Source of the DNA: Vibrio alginolyticus NBRC 15630 = ATCC 17749
GTDB taxonomy: Bacteria; Pseudomonadota; Gammaproteobacteria; Enterobacterales; Vibrionaceae
Reading direction: 5' to 3'
Length of the DNA stretch: 32,000 nt
Assembly (NCBI RefSeq): GCF_000354175.2
Contig: NC_022359.1
Location: 1,350,001-1,382,000 of the forward strand
Shown: piece by piece, positions 25,568 through 32,000 of the stretch
How the letters are laid out: every line of letters starts with the position of its first letter
Numbering within the stretch: position 1 is the stretch's first letter
The notes under the pieces: model-generated
What the model was told of the DNA's origin: nothing
Seen by the model: only the letters and a program-made list of their open reading frames with translations
The model's database searches: none
Made by a program: the position numbers and the translations under genes

Positions 25568-25583
25568 TGTGACTCTTTTCACG
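25568..25583 (+). promoter_or_regulatory. CRP (cAMP receptor protein) site upstream of uhpT
   Basis: TGTGA-ctcttt-TCACG (consensus TGTGA-N6-TCACA). The centre falls at -103.5 relative to the start predicted from the TAGAAT -10, the position I recall for E. coli uhpT. Confidence 0.65.
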
Positions 25584-25595
25584 CTTTTCCGCCTT

Positions 25596-25635
25596 CCTAG
25601 GCATTTCTAGGAATTTTTCCTAGCCGATCTAGGCA
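25596..25635 (+). promoter_or_regulatory. candidate UhpA-binding array (CTAGG repeats)
   Basis: CTAGGCA (25597) ... CTAGGAA-ttt-TTCCTAG (25607-25623, perfect inverted repeat) ... CTAGGCA (25629). Four CTAG cores at roughly one-turn spacing. The dyad centre 25615 is about -64 from the predicted start. Confidence 0.6.
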
Positions 25636-25666
25636 ACCATCTCATGTGCCTCACAAAACCACTCTC

Positions 25667-25672
25667 TAGAAT
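25667..25672 (+). promoter_or_regulatory. predicted uhpT -10 hexamer TAGAAT
   Basis: Best -10 match between the repeat array and the uhpT ATG, with no good -35, as expected for an activator-dependent promoter. Confidence 0.45.
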
Positions 25673-25747
25673 TCCGCTCAGTCAAAGGTAACAAGAGCGC
25701 ATAACGGCCTCCGTTGTGTTTCTAAAACAATTACAAGAGAGTTCATC

Positions 25748-27142
25748 ATGTTAAAATTCCTCGAACAGGTGCGGAAGCCGACCCTCGATCTTCCTGTCGA
25801 AGTTAGAAGAAAGATGTGGTTTAAACCGTTCATCCAATCTTACTTGGTCGTATTTATCGGCTACCTAACCATGTACTTGATTCGTAAGAACTTCAATGTC
25901 GCGCAAAACGACATGATCTCAACTTACGGTTTGAGCATGACAGACCTAGGTCTTATTGGCCTTGGCTTCTCCATCACATACGGCATCGGTAAAACCGTTG
26001 TCTCTTACTACGCTGACGGTAAGAACACCAAGCAATTCCTCCCTTTTATGCTGATCCTTTCTGGTCTTGCAATGCTTGGTTTCAGCTTCAGCATGGGCGG
26101 CGGTAGTGCAAGCCTGTTCTTGATGGTGGCTTTCTACGCTCTGAGTGGTTTCTTCCAAAGTACTGGTGGCCCTTCTAGTTACTCAACCATTACAAAATGG
26201 ACACCTCGTAACAAACGCGGCTCTTACCTAGGCTTGTGGAACATGTCACACAACGTTGGTGGTGCGGGCGCAGCGGGTGTTGCTCTTTTCGGTGCCAACT
26301 ACCTATTCGACGGCCACGTAATCGGCATGTTCGTGTTCCCTTCTATCATCGCGATCATCGTTGGTTTTATCGGTATGCGCTTTGGTAGCGACTCTCCAGA
26401 AGCTTACGGTCTAGGTAAAGTAGAAGAACTTTTCGATGAAGCAGTGAGTGAAGAAGACACCGCCGCTGAAGAAAACCAAATGACCAAAAAAGAAATCTTT
26501 GTTGAATACGTTCTTAAAAACAAAGTTATCTGGCTACTTTGCTTTGCCAACATCTTCCTTTACATCGTTCGTATCGGTATCGACCAATGGTCAACGGTAT
26601 ACGCGTACCAAGAACTTGGTCTGTCAAAAGAAACGGCAATCTCTGGCTTTACTCTGTTCGAAGTCGGTGCGCTTGTGGGTACTTTGATGTGGGGTTACTT
26701 ATCTGACTTAGCAAACGGTCGCCGCGCATTGGTTGCTTGTGTGTCTCTTGGTTTGATCATCGTATCGCTTGAGTTCTACCAACACGCCACTAGCGAGTTC
26801 ATGTACTTAGCCTCTCTATTTGTATTGGGCTTCTTGGTGTTTGGTCCGCAACTTCTTATCGGTGTTGCCGCGGTTGGTTTTGTCCCTAAAAAAGCAATCA
26901 GTGTGGCTGACGGCGTAAAAGGTACATTCGCTTACCTAATCGGTGACAGCTTCGCGAAACTTGGTCTCGGTATGATTGCAGACGGTACACCTATCTTCGG
27001 CTTAACTGGTTGGAAAGGTACCTTCGCAGCTCTAGATACCTCCGCCATGATTTGTATTGTTTTGCTTGCTTTCGTCGCTATCGCGGAAGAGAAGAAGATT
27101 CGACACGCGAAGAAGCTTCAACTTGCACAAAACCAAGCCTAG
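25748..27142 (+). CDS. uhpT: hexose-6-phosphate:phosphate antiporter UhpT (MFS, organophosphate:Pi antiporter family)
   Basis: 464 aa, near-identical over long stretches to E. coli UhpT as I recall it ([54 protein letters not shown]). Confidence 0.95.
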   Translation: MLKFLEQVRKPTLDLPVEVRRKMWFKPFIQSYLVVFIGYLTMYLIRKNFNVAQNDMISTYGLSMTDLGLIGLGFSITYGIGKTVVSYYADGKNTKQFLPFMLILSGLAMLGFSFSMGGGSASLFLMVAFYALSGFFQSTGGPSSYSTITKWTPRNKRGSYLGLWNMSHNVGGAGAAGVALFGANYLFDGHVIGMFVFPSIIAIIVGFIGMRFGSDSPEAYGLGKVEELFDEAVSEEDTAAEENQMTKKEIFVEYVLKNKVIWLLCFANIFLYIVRIGIDQWSTVYAYQELGLSKETAISGFTLFEVGALVGTLMWGYLSDLANGRRALVACVSLGLIIVSLEFYQHATSEFMYLASLFVLGFLVFGPQLLIGVAAVGFVPKKAISVADGVKGTFAYLIGDSFAKLGLGMIADGTPIFGLTGWKGTFAALDTSAMICIVLLAFVAIAEEKKIRHAKKLQLAQNQA

Positions 27143-27148
27143 CTTCTC

Positions 27149-27176
27149 TGCGCGCTTTACTTCGGTAAAGCGCGCA
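27149..27176 (+). terminator. very stable hairpin between uhpT and uhpA (12-bp stem, UUCG loop, no U-tract)
   Basis: TGCGCGCTTTAC-ttcg-GTAAAGCGCGCA starts 7 nt after the uhpT stop and is followed by AGATCATTAAAA, which is not T-rich. Confidence 0.55.
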
Positions 27177-27280
27177 AGATCATTAAAATGAGTTGATCAA
27201 TTCAGTATCATTAAAGGTTTTTCTATTGGCTCCTGTTGGAGCTTATTGTTGTTAGTCGTCTGCTCTATTTGGTTGTAATA

Positions 27281-27889
27281 ATGATTCATGTTGCTCTAGT
27301 TGATGATCACGTCATCGTGCGTTCAGGTTTCGCACAATTATTAAATTTAGAAAGTGATATTACCGTTGTTGGTGAATTCGGCTCTGTCGCCGAAGCGCGA
27401 AAAGGCTTGCCTGCGGTACACCCTCATGTCGTCATCCTAGATATCTCCATGCCAGATGAAAGCGGCTTAAACTTTCTTAGCGAAATACCAACTGGCATTG
27501 CCTGCGTGATGCTTAGCGTGCATGACTCCCCTGCGATGGTGGAAAAATCACTAAAGCTAGGTGCAAAAGGCTATCTTAGTAAACGCTGTAGCCCAGACGA
27601 ACTTATTCAAGCCGTGAGAACCAGTGCTTCTGGCGGCTGTTACCTCACATCAGATATTGCACTTAAACTTGCAACGCCTAGCGACAACACCACCTCTCTA
27701 TGCCAACTGACAAAACGTGAAAACGAGGTATGTCAGCTACTTGCGACCGGGTTGGATGTAAAGTCTGTCGCGGCAGAGCTTGGCTTGAGCCACAAGACCG
27801 TGCATGTGCATCGTGCGAATGCCATCGACAAACTCGGCGTGAAAAACAACGTTGAGCTCGCCAAACTATTTTCTCAAGAGTCCTTTTAA
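27281..27889 (+). CDS. uhpA: response regulator UhpA (NarL/FixJ family)
   Basis: ATG at 27281 (the track start at 27236 is a TTG). Receiver domain VALVDDH...ILDISMPD and a C-terminal LuxR-type [47 protein letters not shown]. Its stop overlaps the uhpB ATG (TAATG). Confidence 0.92.
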   Translation: MIHVALVDDHVIVRSGFAQLLNLESDITVVGEFGSVAEARKGLPAVHPHVVILDISMPDESGLNFLSEIPTGIACVMLSVHDSPAMVEKSLKLGAKGYLSKRCSPDELIQAVRTSASGGCYLTSDIALKLATPSDNTTSLCQLTKRENEVCQLLATGLDVKSVAAELGLSHKTVHVHRANAIDKLGVKNNVELAKLFSQESF

Positions 27890-29390
27890 TGCGAGCTTAC
27901 GCTGTTACCACCATTTGCGGACTATTTGTTATGGCTTGCGCCTGGTTTTGCTTGTGGGTGATTGCCTATTACTTTGTCAATGATCCCGAGTTGGCGATCT
28001 TATTGTTTCCTTTCGCTTTACGATTAGGTGTCACCCTACACACTCGCACCGCTTATTGGCCGACGATTTACCTTTCGGAGTGGGGACTTTCCATCGCACT
28101 TGCGATGTTACTGGGTCAACCGCAGTGGCTTACCGTGCTGATTGCGAGCATTGTCAGTATCCCGGTCACACTGATTGCGAAAAAATACTACTACGGTGAC
28201 CAAAACCGCCACTTAGCCGTCATGGGCGTTGTGATCATCATTACCGCCTTCATCAACGTAATGGCGGTCGGCTTTCACGTGCCTTCTGTTTACATGGTGT
28301 GGTTAGCCAGTATTTCTGGTGGGCTGATGCTGGTTCCTATGTGCTACCTACTGTGGAACTACCTATTTCAAAGCCGATGGTCGCCTCTGACGTCGCATCT
28401 TTTGAACAACACTGTGGTGTTCAGCATTCGCCACATTGTGTTTTACGCCGTACTTCTTATCGGCAGCATTCTAGTGCAAACGAGTTTGCCTGAAGAGTTA
28501 AAACGATTTGCGCCGTTTTGTATGGCGATTCCAATCATCGTGCTTGCTCTGCGTTACGGCTGGCAAGGTGCTCTACTCGCCACCATGCTCAACAGCATTG
28601 CGCTGATTGCGGCTCGCAGCGGCGTATCAAATCTAGAAATCACCGATTTGTTATTATCTCTCTCGGCGCAAACCATCACCGGCATTATGCTCGGCTTAGG
28701 GGTTCAGAAACAAAAGACCTCAATCACAAACTGCGCGGCGAACTTGCACGCAATCAGAATTTGTCTCGCCAGCTTATCAAAGCGGAAGAATCGGTAAGAC
28801 GCGATATTGCGCGCGAGCTACATGACGAAATTGGACAGAACATCACGGCGATCCGCACACAAGCCAACATCATTAAGCGGGTAAATAACGCCGAAACAAG
28901 CGTGGGTTGCGCCGACATGATCGAAGGGCTTTCCCTCAACGTGTACGACACCACTAAGCGACTGTTAAGCAAGCTAAGACCAAAAATGCTGGATGATTTG
29001 GACTTAAAAGAATCCGTCGAGCAACTGACGCGAGAGATGGAATTCGCCAATCACGGAACAACTGTTCAACTGAACTGGCAAGGCGATTACACCAGCCTGA
29101 GTGACACACTCAAAGTCACCCTATTCCGTTTATGCCAAGAGTCATTAAATAACGCTGCCAAGTACGCAGAAGCGCAGTTGATCAATATTGAACTGACAAT
29201 TGGAGAAGCTGCGGTGTCACTGATGATTCACGATGATGGTGTCGGATTCAAAGTTCAGGACAGCATGAAAGGCATGGGCGTTCGCGGCATGCAAGAACGT
29301 GTGCACGCGTTAGGTGGAAAAATGGTTATCTACTCCACCAGCGATCAAGTGATCGGCACACAAATCAGCATTACTTTACCTAAGGTGTAA
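27889..29390 (+). pseudogene. uhpB: sensor histidine kinase UhpB, interrupted by a 1-nt frameshift near 28711-28716
   Basis: ORF 27889..28797 encodes the polytopic (MASE1-type) membrane half up to ...GLGVQKQK. Recognisable kinase sequence then resumes in a different frame at 28716 (DLNHKLRGELARNQ...ARELHDEIGQ H-box...HATPase). The sum 276+224 = 500 aa equals the E. coli UhpB length. Confidence 0.85.
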
Positions 29391-29396
29391 CTCAAG

Positions 29397-30737
29397 ATGT
29401 TTGGATTTTTACGTTCACCTAAATTTACTCAACCGAGCCTGAGCAACGAGCAAATCGACCAGCGTTACCACCATTGGCGTTTGCACATTATGTTGGGGAT
29501 GTACATCGGCTACGCAGGTTTCTACTTTACCCGTAAGACCTTTAACTACGCCGCACCAGCGATGATTACCGATCTTGGCTTAGATAAAGGCGATTTGGGT
29601 CTTATCGGTACACTTTTCTACATTACTTACGGCTGTTCGAAGTTTATTTCTGGCACGATTTCGGATCGCTCTAACCCTCGTTATTTCATGGGATTAGGAT
29701 TGATTGCGACAGGTCTGGTCAATATCGCGTTCGGTTTTTCTAGCTCACTCGCGGCTTTCATTACTCTGTGGATCTTAAACGCCTGGTTCCAAGGCTGGGG
29801 CTGGCCTTCATGCTCCAAGCTGTTAACCACTTGGTATTCACGTTCCGAGCGTGGCTTCTTATGGGCGATTTGGAACACCGCACACAACGTTGGTGGCGCG
29901 CTTATCCCTATTTTGGTGGGCTATTTAACGTTGCACTACAGCTGGCGTGAAGGTTTTATTCTACCCGGCATCATCGGGGTGTTGCTCGGTCTATTCGTTT
30001 GTTGGCGATTGCGCGACAAACCCACAACAATGGGTTTACCAAGTGTCGGCCAATGGCGCAACGACGCACTAGAACTTGCGCAAGAAAATTATGGACGTGG
30101 CCTCACCTACCGAGAAATTCTGAAATCGTACGTATTTAACAACAAATACATCTGGCTGCTCGCGTTCAGTTATGTGTTGGTTTACATCGTCCGAACCGCA
30201 ATCAATGACTGGGGAAACCTGTACTTGACCGAGCAGCATCACTATAGCCTGATTAACGCCAACGCTGCTCTGTCGATGTTTGAAATCGGCGGTTTTGTTG
30301 GTTCATTGGTTGCGGGTTGGGGCTCAGACAAACTCTTTGGCGGTAACCGTGGGCCAATGAACTTGCTGTTCGCGATTGGGATTTTCTTATCTGTCTCTGC
30401 GCTTTGGCTGATGCCTCTGACCAACTTTGCATTCCAAGCGGCGGGATTGTTCTCCATCGGCTTCTTTGTCTTTGGGCCACAAATGCTGATCGGTATGGCG
30501 GCGGCGGAGTGCTCTCACAAAGATTCTGCCGGCGCGGCAACAGGATTCGTGGGCTTGTTCGCCTACATGGGCGCAGCATTGTCTGGTTATCCACTGGCGT
30601 TAATTCTTGAAGAATATCATTGGACGGGTTTCTTCATCACCATTTCAGTTTGTGCAGCCGTCATTGGCCTTTTGTTGCTGCCATTTTTGCAAGCGCAACC
30701 ATCACGAAAACCACTCGAACCAAAACCTCGGTTGTAA
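29397..30737 (+). CDS. uhpC: MFS-type glucose-6-phosphate sensor protein UhpC
   Basis: 446 aa, colinear with E. coli UhpC as I recall it (FYFTRK.FN.A.P, DRSN.RYFMG.GLIATG, GFFVFGPQMLIGMAAAECSHK.AAGAATGFVGLFAY.GA). Confidence 0.93.
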   Translation: MFGFLRSPKFTQPSLSNEQIDQRYHHWRLHIMLGMYIGYAGFYFTRKTFNYAAPAMITDLGLDKGDLGLIGTLFYITYGCSKFISGTISDRSNPRYFMGLGLIATGLVNIAFGFSSSLAAFITLWILNAWFQGWGWPSCSKLLTTWYSRSERGFLWAIWNTAHNVGGALIPILVGYLTLHYSWREGFILPGIIGVLLGLFVCWRLRDKPTTMGLPSVGQWRNDALELAQENYGRGLTYREILKSYVFNNKYIWLLAFSYVLVYIVRTAINDWGNLYLTEQHHYSLINANAALSMFEIGGFVGSLVAGWGSDKLFGGNRGPMNLLFAIGIFLSVSALWLMPLTNFAFQAAGLFSIGFFVFGPQMLIGMAAAECSHKDSAGAATGFVGLFAYMGAALSGYPLALILEEYHWTGFFITISVCAAVIGLLLLPFLQAQPSRKPLEPKPRL

Positions 30738-30861
30738 ATCGACTTATCGCCCTTCGGGCAAATTGGCGAGTGACCTAACCGCGCTCGCCCACCTTATTTA
30801 ACGTATCTCTGCTCAATTTTTCTTCCGATTCAGTTCGGAGGGTTAACTATGGGAAAAATTC

Positions 30862-32000
30862 ATGAATTTGAACACTATTTCATCGCATAGCTTCTTTCAA
30901 ATGAACAACAAAATCCAAAACTACGCTTGGGGAAGCACCTCTTCTATTCACGATTTGTTTGGCTTTTCTAACGAAACGAATGAGCCTCAAGCAGAAGTAT
31001 GGATGGGTACTCACCCAAACGGCTGCTCTGAAGTTCAGATTGAGCAGAACACGCTGCCTTTGTCTGAACTGATCAAACAAAACCAACCCGCTTACTTATC
31101 AGCAGAAACCGCAGCGAAATTTGGCGACCTGCCCTTTCTGTTTAAGATCTTAGCGGCCGAACATGCACTGTCGATTCAAGTTCACCCAAGCAAACAAGAT
31201 GCCGAAATAGGCTTCGAAAAAGAACAAAGTGCCGGGATCCCACTAAACGCGAGCCATCGTAACTACAAGGATCCAAACCACAAACCTGAGCTGGTATACG
31301 CACTGACAAGTTACCAAGCCATGAACGGTTTTCGCTCGTATGCCGATATTACTGAGGCATTTAGCCTTTGTGATATCGATGAGCTACGCGCACCATTAGA
31401 TGCATTCAAACGCGAAATCAACTCACAAGGTTTGCGAGATTTCTTTGTGCACATTCTGACCATGGAAGGCGAAACAAAAGAGCGAGCACTGAAACAGCTT
31501 CTTGCCTGCGCCTCACGTCAATCAGAGCATGGCACTGACAGCGACGTTTTCCAACTCATCTTGGATCTATCCACTCAATACCCCGGCGATGTCGGCTTGT
31601 TTGCACCATTGCTGTTGAATGTCATCACGCTGCAACCTGGCGAAGCGATGTTCCTGAGCGCAAGAACGCCACACGCTTACATTAAAGGTACGGGATTAGA
31701 GATCATGGCGAACTCAGATAACGTTTTGCGTGCAGGACTCACGCCGAAACACATGGATGTTGAAGAACTGGCTAAATGCACAGACTTTGTGCCTAAGCCG
31801 TTTAACAGCCTTGTTCTAGAGCCCAATGCCGATGGTTGCCAGAGCCTTTACCCCGTTCCAGTGGCAGACTTTAGTTTCAGCATTCTTAACCAACCGAACA
31901 ATGAAGTGGTTGATGCCAATAGCGCAGAGATTTTGATGGCGATTGATGCCGACCTGACACTCATCAGTGATAACGGTGAGACGTTAACTGCCTCGAAAGG
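30862..32000 (+). CDS. manA: mannose-6-phosphate isomerase, class I (ManA), 3'-truncated by the window end
   Basis: The open frame has no stop before 32000, so it is absent from the ORF track. The translation ...FFQMNNKIQNYAWGS...AEVWMGTHP...LPFLFKILAAEHALSIQVHP...NYKDPNHKPELVYAL...MANSDNVLRAGLTPK matches E. coli ManA motifs. Start is ATG 30862 or the in-frame ATG 30901. Confidence 0.9.
   Translation, partial: MNLNTISSHSFFQMNNKIQNYAWGSTSSIHDLFGFSNETNEPQAEVWMGTHPNGCSEVQIEQNTLPLSELIKQNQPAYLSAETAAKFGDLPFLFKILAAEHALSIQVHPSKQDAEIGFEKEQSAGIPLNASHRNYKDPNHKPELVYALTSYQAMNGFRSYADITEAFSLCDIDELRAPLDAFKREINSQGLRDFFVHILTMEGETKERALKQLLACASRQSEHGTDSDVFQLILDLSTQYPGDVGLFAPLLLNVITLQPGEAMFLSARTPHAYIKGTGLEIMANSDNVLRAGLTPKHMDVEELAKCTDFVPKPFNSLVLEPNADGCQSLYPVPVADFSFSILNQPNNEVVDANSAEILMAIDADLTLISDNGETLTASK

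Noticed and set aside
28518-28715. The N-terminal 66 codons of track ORF 28518..29390 (MYGDSNHRACSALRLARCSTRHH...) as a genuine start of a separate kinase gene
   Set aside because: This stretch is Arg/His/Cys-rich out-of-frame read-through of the uhpB membrane domain. Recognisable UhpB sequence begins only at about 28716, so the two ORFs are one disrupted gene.
30880-31086. ORF 30880..31086(-), 68 aa
   Set aside because: It is antisense to the clearly recognisable manA reading frame, which is open to the window end and therefore missing from the track.
1-32000. Window-wide scan for CRISPR arrays, tRNA/rRNA genes, IS elements, prophage or defence-island content
   Set aside because: I saw no spaced direct repeats, tRNA-like conserved arms, transposase/integrase-like ORFs, or gene-sized unexplained gaps. 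All large ORFs have ordinary metabolic, transport or regulatory assignments.

Overview
The window reads as a conserved, mostly metabolic chromosomal segment of a Vibrio-like gammaproteobacterium. This is inferred from near-colinear similarity of the translated ORFs to E. coli ModABC, NrdDG, UhpT/A/B/C, ManA and YgeA, and from the AT-rich intergenic style. About 27 protein genes are supportable. In order: a hypothetical acidic protein; modCBA plus cobQ (minus strand); a YgiW-like BOF protein; a small outer-membrane beta-barrel; an AspC/TyrB aminotransferase tightly followed by a lipoprotein with a retropepsin-like domain; an AraC regulator divergent from a MATE pump; nrdDG; a secreted EEP-family enzyme; an ArsR/BigR-type regulator with two YeeE/YedE half-proteins, divergent from a CoA-disulfide-reductase/rhodanese fusion; a ygeA-like racemase plus a PhzF-family protein; a DUF417 membrane protein; a DM13-domain protein; a YdeP/FdhF-family molybdoenzyme divergent from a LysR regulator plus fdhD; uhpT-uhpA-uhpB-uhpC; and the 5' part of manA, which runs off the window and is therefore missing from the ORF track. 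I saw no rRNA/tRNA, CRISPR, transposase/integrase, phage or recognisable defence genes. I do not see a convincing wholly new multi-gene system. The most noteworthy items are: (1) uhpB is split by a 1-nt frameshift in a short A-run while the rest of the uhp locus and its promoter look intact. (2) There is a compact reactive-sulfur sensing/reduction divergon whose ArsR-type regulator has the BigR/SqrR Cys-pair spacing. (3) Three perfect FNR consensus boxes (TTGAT-N4-ATCAA) sit at nrdDG and in the unusually long 666-bp fdh-like/lysR intergenic region, which also carries an overlapping three-half-site palindrome. (4) The uhpT promoter has a CRP site and a CTAGG-based repeat array at E. coli-like positions. 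(5) There is a lipoprotein-anchored retropepsin-like protein with a Pro/Glu/Lys spacer. All functional calls come from reading the translations and motifs by eye; no database search was run.
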